A DNA stretch of 64,000 bases from Amphiscolops sp. MND2022. Lineage: Eukaryota. Below are positions 1 to 12,100 of this stretch, in pieces (positions within the stretch are counted from its first letter, which is position 1; every line of letters starts with the position of its first letter). The notes beneath the pieces were generated by a model that saw nothing but the letters and a program-made list of their open reading frames with translations, had not been told where the DNA came from and did no database searches. The position numbers were made by a program, and so were the translations under genes. Where the stretch lies: positions 43,712,001 to 43,776,000 of the forward strand of contig OZ076409.1 of the NCBI GenBank assembly GCA_964187785.1. The letters run 5' to 3'.

Positions 1-391
1 AAAAACATTCTAAATGTATTCCTATCTTAATACATGCAAATCGACGAAATTATACTTTTCGAGCATGATATTTCAAAAACGGTTGATTATTTTTGAAATC
101 GAAAAACATCCATAGATTCAGTAGATTTGTGCGAGTTATTTGAGCATAAAACTTGCCTAAAAAAGTGTGGATAAAACGGTTTAAAATTTGAAAAACGGAA
201 GAAAAGCTTCAAATTTGCTCAAAATCAATTATATGTAACTTTCTCAACTTTTGTCCCAGAAATATTTAAAAACACTAAAATAAACTAGATGGAATTCTAA
301 GAAACTTTTATTTCTGATGTTTTTCAAAATTTTCAACAGATTTCGAGAAAATGGAGCCTAAAATCGCCCCGTTTTCTTAATCACAGTACTG
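1..391 (-). mobile_element. Partial MITE copy, inverted relative to the copy at 561-1233
   Basis: 1-391 is the diverged reverse complement of ~561-945. It ends in the same terminus (gttttcttaatcacagtactg) followed by TA. Confidence 0.75.
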
Positions 392-560
392 TATTTCATC
401 GAATTTTAAAAAGCGTGTCAAATTGCTCTCCAGCGAAAAATGCTATATTTAGTTACTACGTACCATCGTTTAGCTTGTTTAGAATAGCATTATATCATTT
501 ATTGGTAATGTCTCATTATCATGCTTTGTTATTTCATTGTTGAAACTGTTATTGTAAGTA

Positions 561-1233
561 CGGTACTGTGATTAAGAAAACGTCCCCGGGGCGATTTTAG
601 GCTCGATTTTCTCAAAATCTGTTGAGAATTTTGAAAAACATCAGAGATAAAAATTTCTTAGAATTTCATCTAGTTTATATTAGTGTTTTCAAAATTTTTC
701 TTGAACAAAAATTGAGAAAGTTACTAATAGCTGATTTTGAGCAAATTTGGGACTTTTTTCCGATTTTCCAATTTTCGACCGTTTTATCCACAGTTTGTTC
801 GGCAAGTTTTATGCTCAAATAACTCGCACAAATCTAATGAATCAATGGATATTTTTCGATTTCAAAAATTATCAACCGTTTTCGAAATATCATGCTCGAA
901 AGGTAAAATTTCATCGATTTACATGTATTAAGATAGGAAATGAACATTTGGCGGCGAAAAACTGCGGTTATTTCATCATTCAGAATGTTTTTGAAACAAA
1001 AAATATGTCATTGAATTCTATTCAATCTGCAGTTTTCGATGAATTTAAAATGTTCACGGAAAATTATTTCAAAAACCTGCCAATAACTGGGAAACTAGCA
1101 GAAGTGTTCTTTTTTCACCGGAGATTTCACTTGATGCGCCAATCAGAATTAAAATAGAGAGCAAATACACAATTCTAATTGGTTGATAACGACGCTCAGC
1201 GCATAGGGGGACGATTTCTTAATCACAGTACTG
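561..1233. mobile_element. Non-autonomous DNA transposon (MITE), Tc1/mariner-like TA target duplication
   Basis: TIRs cggtactgtgattaagaaaacgtcccc ... ggggacgatttcttaatcacagtactg, flanked by TA at 559-560 and 1234-1235. No transposase. A further copy of the terminus lies at ~22822-22845. Confidence 0.8.
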
Positions 1234-1702
1234 TATTGACAGCAAAAAGCTCAGGTATATGTAGCGAAGTGGAACGTAAAAATTTCACTCTGCGCATCAT
1301 AGATTCAAAGTATCAAATGTTTAAGGAGGTTTTTCTTCAAAGTCAGACCCCTTTCCAAAATAATGCATTAAAAATAATACCATTACCTTCTTTCCTACAG
1401 ATTTCTTTCGCGTCATTTATCTCGACTCCTCATTGAATAAACCTTGAATCGAAATCAGGCCCTAATGAAGCGCTTCGTGGGTTTTTGCTTGGAAAAAATG
1501 CTTTTCTAACAAAAAACAAATGTTGGAATGTTTTTTTGCGGTCATGAAGTGGATTGAGGTGTTGAAATTTTGAACGGTTGCAACACTTAGTGTCTTTTGC
1601 AATGGTTCGAAGCACCAAAACCTTTACATAATACTTGATATAGTTGTTCACGTGAAGGCTGTAAAGGCATGCAACCAAGTCTCTGTACCTTGTGCTTCGC
1701 AG

Positions 1703-1888
1703 GAAATTCTGGTCAAGACTGCAGGTGTAGGGGATGACATGTCCGCGGGAGATGTGCTTGCGGCCGAGAGGGGAGACAAGAGTGCCATGATGAGGGGTGG
1801 AGTGTACACTGCACGGACTCTCCGACCCTTGGATGGGGAACGCCCTAAAACTCCACCTGTGGCTAACCTGGGCCCATACACTCCGGAG
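1703..1888 (+). CDS. CCDC105: Internal coding exon of tektin-like CCDC105/TEKTL1 homolog (upstream exons not identified)
   Basis: cag acceptor; EILVKTAG...ERPKTPPVANLGPYTPE; gt donor at 1889. Phase 0 joins the next exon. Confidence 0.65.
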
Positions 1889-2619
1889 GTTAACGCCACT
1901 TTCACGTATAACCTGAAAAAACTTTCCATAAAAAACCATGTAGATTTTAATAAGTCAATTATGGTGATGTATGAAAACACTTCAGTCATACAATGACCAT
2001 ACAAGAAAAACCATCAAATCATACAATGATCATTTATGTCATTCTATGGATTAGATGTTTTCCATACTAGATCCATTTATGGATTAAATCGTTTCCATTT
2101 ATGGCAAATTCGCGACAGGACAATAATGATAACAAAACTTTTTTCGAATTGTAATTCCGGCATTTCATATACGTGAGTGCATGAACTAAGTCAGTGGAGG
2201 TTTTTTGGATCTACAAAATTCCGAAACTTTTTTCTGTCGAATTGAGACTAGAAAGTGTTTGATATTTTCTAAGGCGTAGAAACAGCATATACGAAAAATA
2301 TCGCCTGTTTCATCTTATGATATTAATTATAATACTCATCTAAGATAACTGCAACCACTTTTATTACTTCAAAACCTGTTGTGAATGTGTGTAGAACAAT
2401 AAATCAATGCGTCATTTCTGTCAACTAATTTCATTCTAGCTCTAGCTGGAAACAAAGAATTTCCATATTGTCCACTATTCGGGGGATTTGAATGAATGAA
2501 TACAAAGAATTCCATCTGAAGAGTGATCTAAGTTGTGCTTCCATGAATGATGGCAGAATGAATGAGGTGTAGTAAGTATGAATCATCGGTTTGGGAATGG
2601 AAATTGTGGTGGTTTGCAG

Positions 2620-2784
2620 GCAGCTGAAGCGATTGATGAGTCCAGGGATCTGATCCAAACTTCGAAGGACATGCGAGGAGACGTGGCCGTTGCTGTAGAC
2701 TACGCGGAGAGGGAGGAGAAACGACTGCACAACAGTGTGAACGACGCCCTCACTCAGAGATTAGCTGAAACTGTCACTCTCATG
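2620..2784 (+). CDS. CCDC105: Coding exon of CCDC105/TEKTL1 homolog
   Basis: ttgcag acceptor; coiled-coil-like AAEAIDESRDLIQTSK...SVNDALTQRLAETVTLM; gtaagc donor; phase 0. Confidence 0.75.
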
Positions 2785-3479
2785 GTAAGCAAAACATTTA
2801 ATATCAGACTTTGAATGCTCTGTTTCTATTTTCACCACCTTTTTAAAATGGCTAATCACAAAAGAGCTAATTATTGATACATCAATACCCGGATCCAAAT
2901 TCATGAGACTTCCATGCAATTGTGTGCAATTACATGGAATCAAATTCAGGAATGAAAGGAAATTTATTTTACGGAACCATATGGTTTCATGTAAGGGCTT
3001 GCATGAGATCGCATATCGCATGTTGCATTCAACGCGGGTAGTTTTTTAAAGGTTCTAATCAACAGTTTTCATGGGATACTCAAGGCAATGAGAAGTGGTC
3101 CATCTTTTCTAAAGCTTTTAATCATTCATGTCATTGTAATCCTAATTTTAATGAAGTTGATTTTGAATACATTTTTGTGCAAGTTTATGAAACGCAAGCT
3201 TCAAGTATCCCCAAAAACTCTAAATTTGATGCATTTGTCGATCCCCGACCATAATTTTTGATTTCGTGCAATAACCAAATAACAATAGCAATTACTAACA
3301 ACTATATGAATACTTTGAAGCACGACAGAAAAAACGTAGAAATCGTAATGACTAAAGAATGAAAAATCACTATTTGGAACTCAAAGACTCCTGGATAGCA
3401 TATGTTCAAATCACTGGTTGTCCTTGAAAATCGTCACTTGTTTCATCATGAGTAATTCAAGATGTTGTTTGTGTTTCAG

Positions 3480-3689
3480 CAACACTTGAACATGGGCGAG
3501 GCAGATAACAGGACGGCGTTCAACAAGAACGTGAGGCACTACGAGATCACTGACGTCACAAGAGGATACAACTTGGGTCCAGTGTCCTACAGAGACTTAC
3601 AGACCAGAGAGCGTCTAGACAGACCCATGGTCAAAGTGTACCAGAGACATCCTGGAACCAACGTCCCCGACGCCAGAGATCTCATTAGG
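3480..3689 (+). CDS. CCDC105: Coding exon of CCDC105/TEKTL1 homolog
   Basis: tttcag acceptor, gtgagt donor. The motif ERLDRPMVKVYQRHPGT matches the CCDC105 signature as recalled (EKLDRPLVRMYQRHVGT). Confidence 0.8.
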
Positions 3690-3940
3690 GTGAGTGCCTA
3701 TCTGTATGTGGTCTCAATAGAAGTACTTAATAGAAGCATGAGGTTGTAGGATTGTATTGATATCTGTTGTATCTGATATTGTAACCAAATTTCTTTAGCA
3801 AATTTTTGAGTTCAAGTCATCGATCCACGAGATTTTCATCCATGCAGATATTTTCCGCACATCATTCTACTCAAAACCATTTTGCATTCCCCCTTTTCCA
3901 TCGACTTAAACTACTCTAAATTACTAGTTCATCACTCTAG

Positions 3941-4120
3941 GGCAACAACATGCTGGAAGAATCGCTGGAAAACACTCAAAAGAATTTGGCACTTCTTCAC
4001 TTGTCGCACATCCGGGTGAAAGAAGACCAGAAAGACAAGAAAGCTGCAGCCGACATTGATGCTAGCATTATCCGCTTCAGACGAAAGAAGGCCGATCATC
4101 GCTGGGTACCCGAGCAGTGA
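3941..4120 (+). CDS. CCDC105: Terminal coding exon of CCDC105/TEKTL1 homolog
   Basis: ctctag acceptor; GNNMLEESLENTQKNL...KDKKAAADIDASIIRFRRKKADHRWVPEQ* (tektin-like C-terminus). TGA at 4118-4120. Confidence 0.75.
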   Translation, partial: GNNMLEESLENTQKNLALLHLSHIRVKEDQKDKKAAADIDASIIRFRRKKADHRWVPEQ

Positions 4121-5284
4121 ATAGCCAATCACAGCAACCGCCAGAACCACCGAGAACCATGACGTCACAGATTATGTCTGAAGATTACATACAAACGTCA
4201 CAAAAGAAGCCCTTTTACTGAACTGCCTTAATTGCGTGCTTTCAAAAACTTGAGCTATTCATCCACCACCTGTGCTATATTTCTGCACTAGCATTTTGGA
4301 CCATGCTCAACAAGAGGTGGAAAATTGTAAATTAGCTAATTAATTAAATCAATACTTACATATTAATCCTCTTACATGGGATTATTTAATGAACTAAGCT
4401 AATTAATTTTCCTAGCACTTGCCACCTTTACTAGAAACAAATTCGAAACGTGGAAACAAAGCATGCATACTGGTGGAATGCCTGACAATCCAGTGTTTGC
4501 CATCTAGATATTATGAAGTCTTCTGAAACCAAAAACAAAGTTTCCATGGCATTGACCTACCTTTGTTGAAATTGCTTGAATTTGCAAAATTTGTTGATTA
4601 TCAAGCAAATTTTTCATGATTTCATAAAAATTGGACGAGAAGGATTGAAGTTTCCCCTTTTACTAGAATTTCATTTTGAGGTTTCCCAACCAAGCTGATC
4701 ATAATTTATACCATATAAGGAACTGTTCGAATCATCGAAACTTTCTTCTATGATTTTACTGTGATCAAGCTGGAATCATATATGGCTAACAGTATTGGCG
4801 AACTGAAATCTAGAGTCCGAGTGGCCTGAAATCAAAATGACCGATTACAGAGAAACTATCACGAAAATGTTGGACATAACTCTTATGATAACACTTATCT
4901 AGGTACAAAATTAATGAGAAATGATATCCGAAATCCTCATGCTGTTAAAAATCTTTCTCAAAAACAGTTAAAATGACGGATAATCCTATTTTTGGCGTCA
5001 CTTCGATGCTTTGCAGATTTTGATTTGGAATAATTTTTCAAAACAACGCAGATTCAGTTTATCACTTTTATCACCAATACTCAGCAAAGGAGTTTCAGTT
5101 TCTATTTGAGGAGTTTCTATTTGAGATGCAAATGAGCGTCACCTTGAGAGTGCAATATAAGTAAAGATGAAAACTTCATTTCAGTAGTTAAGAGCTGAAA
5201 ATATAAACACAAAAAGATTGATTCGGCAACCGAGTTGAAAAATTTTCAATTTATTTGACATGATTGAACATACCTGTACTGAGA

Positions 5285-5410
5285 TCCCATGGACTCCCAT
5301 GCATGGCCATGCATGGTCCACCCATGGGCCATCGATGGGTGAAGTTTGAATCCAAAAAAAAGCTTTTCCATGACGGCCCATCGATGGGCCATTGATGGTC
5401 CATCGATGAG
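5285..5410. repeat. Cluster of short palindromes (ccatgg / ccatcgatgg), probable MITE fragment
   Basis: Repeated ccatgcatgg, cccatggg and ccatcgatgg motifs; no clear termini found. Confidence 0.4.
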
Positions 5411-5511
5411 GGAGAAAAACTGACATGTCTGAAAAATTCGAATTGCGCCGGAAGCTTGGTTGATTTTCTATAAGCGTGTCTCTTCAATATTTTTTTGGTT
5501 GTTTGGGTTAC

Positions 5512-7653
5512 TGTTACGACTATTCATCGGAGTTGTTTTAGAACTAGTCGCAGTTTGTGTCTTGACTGGGGTGGACGTTCTCGTTACGGAGATGTTTTCT
5601 TGGTCAGAATCAGAATCTTGTATGTTCGAACTAACTGAGCGTTTCTTGCACGCAGGTGCTATTAATTTAAGCATTTCTTTTTGATTTTCGACGAGTACTT
5701 TCGTCAAGTCAGACATAATCTCTTTCCTTAGAGTTGTCTTTAATTCTTCTAAATCCTCAGGCTCAAGTCTAGGGTTTTTACTAGAACTAGCTATCAGGTT
5801 TTCAGTAGAATTGTTCTCAGTTAAAGAAGCTTCGAAATCTCCTGACACTAACTCAGCTACAGCTTTCCTCTTCTGGCTTCTGGTAGTCATTTTTTAATGT
5901 TAGAAAACGATTCTTCGGCAATAGGTGAATTCTTCGAAGATGATTTTTTTCAACGTTGAAACAACGAAACAGTTTAAGTTTATTACAACTTGCAAACACA
6001 ACTAACTAACTTTACATGCCTCGTCTAAGTATATATACCTTCTTAGCGTCATTTGTTCCTCAACTAAAAATTCCTAGGAATCGCAAAAATCAGGTTTGTT
6101 CATCAAAAAACTCTAATGATTCAGATTATTTCAACTCGGCGTCATAAATTCAGGTATTGAGATTCCTAGTTGCGTCACTATTCCGTAAAACCTTGTTGAA
6201 ATCATTTTTGTTCAGGTAACCCATTTCCTGTTTGAACTTCAAAATTGCGGCAAAATAGAAGTCTAGCTTACATTTTCATCAGCGTAGGCACGCCGGCGTG
6301 ATCAATTAGTCAGCGTTCAAGTTGGGAAATTGAGATTCGAAGCAAAAGAATGACTCGCAAAAATTGTAGCGAAATTGAAACGAGGCAAAAGGAACTTTGG
6401 ACTAAGGATATTTGAATATTATTGAGGAACAAGCAACGCTAAGAAAAAACATAATGTTGATTAATCGGTTAATTTTGTAAACTGAACAACTGCACCAACA
6501 GTAAACTCAACTTTGACCTATACGTGGCCATAACGTAACAAGCACGAATTGCAAAGTACAAATAGATAGGAAAAATACATTTGCAGGCAATAATTATTCT
6601 GCACTCGATTGGACTTCGTATATGAATAAATAGAGCAGACATCCCGCAACAATAGCACTTGGTTTGGGTTTCGACGTTGACCTTACGTTACGTTCTGTGA
6701 AACATTTTAATGATAAACAACTAATCACTGAATACATAAAACTCTTAATGTAACGTAAGGCATACGTGATTCGAGAAACTGTTGTAATAGCATCGTTACT
6801 CTTCGATCATTGTTTTAGCCCCTTTTTACAGTACAACCTTTTACATGTGGACTTGTTTCCAGAACCCTTTAAGTGCGTCGATTCAGAAAAATCCTTATTT
6901 GATTTCGGTTTAAACTAATGCTTCATCGCTATTATATTACGAATTGTTCCGTACGTATTAAGATTGGTTATAGCTGAGCGGCGGAATACAATTTTACAAT
7001 CCGCTCCGTAGCTGCCCCGTACGTATTAAGATTGCTCATAGCTTAGCTGTCGGACCAAGCGGAGAGAAAGCGGAGTGCGTAGGTGAATTCATTCTCTTTC
7101 TCTTATTCCGATTGGTGTTGCTAGGGGCAACCGAAATTAATTCTATTCGACTTAGCTGAGAATAGTTCTATCAATAGAGTGACGTTATTGGTCCGTAGAA
7201 GCAAAATTCCTAATATTAGCTCAGTAGATTGACGTTGCCATAGCGTTGTAAATATTTGCCTAAATCACTTGGCTGTGCTTTAAGTGAATATTGACAACTA
7301 CTTCATCTCTGGAAAACAATTCCGCTCTATTATTTGTCTGTTCTTTTTCATTTTAGATTGTATGAATTCCGTTGGGATCTCGGAATTGAATTTTATTTTA
7401 AAGTTTTCATTTTAGTGTGGACCAGTGGAAAGAATGATCCCAATTATAAATGTTCATTTTAGTGTTTAGATTAGTATGGCAGAAAATCAGAAAATCATAC
7501 CGGAAATGAAAAATCTTATCACGCGTGGAGAATATTTAACCGGAAGTTTTAGCTAAAAATCATTTCTGAAAAAAGTTCCGTAACGTTTACGTTAGGTTTT
7601 GTATTCGGAAAATTATCTGCAATCGATTTAGCTGTACTGTAAGTAGAATTTAG
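5512..7653 (-). repeat. 3' LTR of element A (inner boundary unresolved; 7653 is the limit of the match to the gapped 5' copy)
   Basis: Matches 19419-21560 over 2142 bp with about 8 substitutions by eye. Ends ...gtcgtaaCA on the minus strand. Carries the first 126 gag codons, which give the 5468-5890 ORF. Confidence 0.85.
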
Positions 7654-7665
7654 ATTAGTTTAAGA

Positions 7666-8544
7666 TTAGATTAGTTTAATAGAGTTTACCTCGGCCTTGT
7701 CCTCGGCCATTTTCGAAACCAGTATCCCGCTGCAGCAGCTATAATCCCGACCGGGAGCGGGTCGTGACAGGGCCCCTCTTGAAGCAAGAGACAAGGGTAT
7801 AGCTCGGCAATGGGGGATTTCTTTCCTGATGATGACAGGGGGACGGCCGTTGAAAATCCGCGTGCCGCGACTACGTCCTCTTCCCGATGTCATTTTGGTT
7901 ATGAGTCTCTCTTCTTCCTCCATTTCTCGGAGCTCCTGTTCTCTTCGCGTCGACTCAATAGGGCATATTTCTGGCGGCTTAGTAGGGTCGCTTAACGCAC
8001 ATCTGCATTGCTCTCTTTTGGTCGGAGGGGGGGCATTCTCTTTTGCTCCGTAGTGAGTGCGTCCACGACCGACTGTTGCGAAGAACTGCCGGTCTTCTAT
8101 GTCTAAACCATGTAGAGCGTCCAATTCTGCCAGCGAAGGCTCATTCAAGTCATTCAGCTTGACTGTATTTGGAGCTCTTTCATTTCCCAGCTGGGGAGTG
8201 TTTGCCTTTTCTTTTAGAACTGGTGTTGGTTTTGTTTGGGGCTGGCTCGGCGGCGTGTCCGGTTCTTCGTAGAAGTCGGTATCTGAGTTAGGGTTTACTG
8301 CTGGCGGTAGATTAAAGCTTACTCTCCCTAGCTTTTTCTTTTTGCTGGGGATAGGGCCGCGCCTTTTCGGAGAACAGTCAGACTCGGACGTTGAATTTGT
8401 TTCAGCTTCGCTCCCACGGAATACTTCCGTGGACGAGTCACTAAGAGTGCTGATCGTATTGAGGGGTAGTGTCTTCAATGGCGTGCTGCAACGGTTATTA
8501 TCTTCGTCGGAAGATATATCTATCACCAACGAGTATCCGTTCAT
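7666..8544 (-). CDS. Accessory ORF of element A, 292 aa, low complexity, unknown function
   Basis: ATG-started intact ORF in the 3' region. Contains VIDISSDED, PSKKKK and RVSF motifs. Confidence 0.55.
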   Translation of the reverse strand: MNGYSLVIDISSDEDNNRCSTPLKTLPLNTISTLSDSSTEVFRGSEAETNSTSESDCSPKRRGPIPSKKKKLGRVSFNLPPAVNPNSDTDFYEEPDTPPSQPQTKPTPVLKEKANTPQLGNERAPNTVKLNDLNEPSLAELDALHGLDIEDRQFFATVGRGRTHYGAKENAPPPTKREQCRCALSDPTKPPEICPIESTRREQELREMEEEERLITKMTSGRGRSRGTRIFNGRPPVIIRKEIPHCRAIPLSLASRGALSRPAPGRDYSCCSGILVSKMAEDKAEVNSIKLI

Positions 8545-9131
8545 GATTGCAGAGATTAAATTTTGTAGGATTTTGGCTTATGTCTTCTTTGACTAGGTCA
8601 CGGAGAATTAGTTTGGCAAAGGATGCTGGTCAAGCTTTTATGAAAATTGGACGACAAATGAACGTTTCAAATTCTTTTCCTTCGTAATTTTTAACGAAAT
8701 TCTATTGGTCGGTTTTCCGTTTTCGTTCCGGTGCGTCTCGAGTTGAAAGAAACAAGTTCTTTCTTACTGCGTTGTGATTGGTCGAAATAATTGAGGAAAA
8801 CTTCTAATTCTAGTAGCCGTCCTCTTTTCGGTTAATGGCGTAATGACGTCACACAATTTCATAGGTGTATTACGCCTATGTTCCGTGATCTCCTGATGAT
8901 TTTCCTAATTCTTCTTTAGCATTTCTTGGTGGATTTTTATCCATCTCTAGGATCTTTGGAAACGTTTTGTTCCGTCAATGCCATAATAGGCTTTTAAAGG
9001 GAAAAAGGAAATTGAAACATAGATAATTTTCCTTCCTGTAAAAAAAATGATGCTGTTGATCCTTTTCTTGGCTTTTACGTTCGCTTTGCGTAGTTTCCTT
9101 CTTGATTTTTCCTTTTGTTTTAGATTTCTGG
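8545..9131. promoter_or_regulatory. Putative bidirectional promoter between two divergent accessory genes
   Basis: ATTGG (CCAAT) boxes at 8704-8708 and 8777-8781; TGACGTCA (CRE) at 8844-8851. It lies between head-to-head start codons. Confidence 0.4.
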
Positions 9132-12100
9132 ATGGATGGTGATTCTGGCCCTCCTGCTGGTACTGGCACAGGGTTCGTCAGTGGAAACGAGACAACATTC
9201 AATTTCACCGATGATGATGTTGTCCCTTCTGACATCGATATTTCTCGTTCTGCTTCGGGTTGGTAAAATCTTTCTGACTTCCTGGGTAATAGGACTATTG
9301 TTTTGGTGATCAGCCTTTTATAGTCTTACCCGTAACTCTGACGCGTCTGAACCAGATCTTGATTTTCAGTAACTCAACCCATTGCGCTGCCCGGGCTTAG
9401 TACCAATACGGAAGCTAGTCGTTCTTTGGTTCCCGTGGGACTCCCTTCCATTACCGAGGCATTTCCGGTTGTCTCTGTCAATGCTATCCTGACGACTGTT
9501 CCTGCTGGTTCTTGGCATGCTGCTTCTTTCCAGCCTGGTTCCTCTTCTTTGTTAGAGGCTCCCGACGTCAGTACTGGTGTTTCGCAAGATGCCACAGGAT
9601 TTGGTTCTCAGCTTCAAGATGCTGCTGTTGTTAGTGAGCCTCGTGGAGGCGAGGCCATTCCGGCTTCCCCAAAAGAAAGTGGGGGAGGAAAAAATGATGA
9701 GGAAGCTGCGACTGTCGATGTCATGGAGCCGAGTTGTTCCCGTGAGCGGGCTGTGAAGTTTTCGACTCCGCCACCGCAACGTCAAGGTGGTCGTTCACCT
9801 ACCTTACAGGAGCTTATGGTTGAGGGATGGAGCAGTTAGTTGTTTCTTTTTTTTCTCATCCTTTTCTTTTCTCTTCTCTTTGTTTTGTAGAATGCTTGTA
9901 TGGAGTTGTTCAATTTAGTCTTCTGGTTGGGTTTCTCTGGGTGATTCGGGCGTCCATATTGTTTCCACCTAATTGTTTTGGTGTTTGTTATAGGTGATCC
10001 AGAAGCGAAGGAGGAGGTGTTAGCTTTCCCCGGCAATACTCCGTTGAGTCCCATTGACTTGGCGCAATTTGGTCGTCACCTGATTTCGGAGGTGGAGACT
10101 CGGGCAGTACAAAGTATCGAGACAGGTACGTTGGTATTTCATAGTTAATAGGGGGTTGTTTAGGTGTGGTTGGGGTTTTGGGGTCGTAATATCGTGTGTC
10201 ATATTTATAGATGGTTGTGTTATTGTTTGCAGGTTTCACGAAATTATCTAAGAAGATTGGAGATCGTTGCCAGCGGCGAGTGCGAACTTATGGAAATCGC
10301 AAGCATTTGAAGAGACGCATGTTATCTTTGCATCCTGCATATTCTGACTTTGTCAGTGGCCCTAAGTGCGGGGAGCCTACGTCCTTCTTTTGTCGGGTGT
10401 GCAATCGAGATGTGCGGATGAAGGCACAAGGATCTGGCGAGTTTAAACGTCACTTCGCATCTGATGGGCACTGGTTTCGTGACGTGCGCTACAGGGTACA
10501 TTCGGGGTTGCCCGTATACAACAGATGGTTGGAGCCTATGGAACTGACTGCCGCCCAGATTGCGGAATACAAAGCTCAACCTTTTGTGGACTTGGCAGAG
10601 GGGTTTCCCTTTCCAGAAGATTTGGTGCCCAAGCATGCCCAAGTTGATTCAAAGGTTCCGTTTATGACAATGATCTCGTCCGTCTGTGAGTGGCTCCGGA
10701 GTGGCGGCGATTTCACGTTGCTGCGACGTTTATGGGCGTGTTTCCGAGCTTCTTTGGGTGAGAGGGCGCCCGAATATCAGCTGAATTGGAGTCGTGCTGA
10801 GACGGTGGTAAGTAGGGGTATTATATATTTTTTGTGGTCTTTGGGTTTATGAGCTTTTGTCTGTCTCGTTTTTTTTTCTCGGGGGGGGGGCAGTAGTAGT
10901 ATGGTTTTGTAGTCATGGTAGTTGTATATTGTTTCAGTCCCTGCTGTGTCGTGGCCTTGCTCCTCGGGTGTTGCGTCTGGTTCTCAGTGCAGTCGGGACG
11001 CGCAATGAATATGCATTGTTCTATGAGAAAGACGCGGATGTTGAGCGATGCTTTGTTGTGTGCTGGTTGGATAATGCTCTGCGGAAAATCTGCATTGGTC
11101 AGGAAGTTTTGGACCAGCCTATGCCTAAATCCGAGTTGGTTCCTTTGGCACAGTTCGTCCACAGTGTGCAAAATGCGCGCCTTCCCTTTTGTGTCAGCGG
11201 TGCTAGTCCGGTGCTTCTTCGAGTGATAGAGGACAATCGTACTGATGGGAAACGGTTTGTTATGCATCAACAGTTTTCCGAGGAGGTGTTCTTGCAGTGT
11301 GTGCGTCAGGCACATCAGGATGTTTTCGGAATGGTGGAGGTGACAAGTTTGGTGGACTATGTCATTTTACGGCTGAAGAGCGCTGTTTACGAGGACTGGA
11401 CAGACGGCAAGGTGTTGCTGCGTAAGGCCATTCGTCAAGGTTCCGTTGCCTTCAAGGATCTTCGTGAGGTTCTGACTGATTTGGTGGACCTGTGGCCTTC
11501 AATTCGTCTGTTCATTCGGTGTACTGGGTTGCCTCATGTGAAAAATCAAGCCGACAGTGTGAGTTTGTTGCATGATTTTTCTTTTTGCGGGAGGTTCTTA
11601 ACGGTCGTCTTGTTGGTCATCTATTATTTTCCGTCTGCTTAGTTATTTTGTGTTGTTGTTTAGTTGAGAGGGATGGATTCAACTGTGATCTCGGACGGAC
11701 TGGTGCCGTATCGTTTTGGGCTGTTGCAATTGATGCTGGATACTTTCCATATTCATTTGCCGAAATTGAGACAAAGTCGAAGCGATTATGCATTCCATGG
11801 TTATGGTGAATTGTGTAATTTCATATACTGTTTGTTGATGAAGACACGCCAGTTATCAAGTCTTCCAGCTATTCACGATTGGGATGCGTACATGGACGTG
11901 GAAAAAGTGGCAAGTTTCCCTGTTGCACCTATAGATGAGTTCTTGGCTCACTGTGATTATGGGAAGTCTCTTTTGTCATCGAAAGCAAGTGAAATGCCAA
12001 AGTTTCGTGGTCGCTGCAGAGAATTTATCGATCGCCTCGCCACTCTGTTAGTGGAGAGCGCCAGCACTCGTTCCATTGTGTCGAAAGGTCTGTGCAGTTT

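Noticed and set aside
622..1436. Short ORFs in the ORF track
   Set aside because: They lie mostly within the AT-rich MITE and have no protein-like features.
5468..5890. Independent 140-aa gene
   Set aside because: It is the LTR copy of the gag N-terminus plus 14 flank-derived codons.
9891..9930. Extra micro-exon in the antisense gene
   Set aside because: It has a strong acceptor but needs weak donors to keep frame. Direct splicing of 9834 to 9994 is in frame and simpler; alternative use is not excluded.
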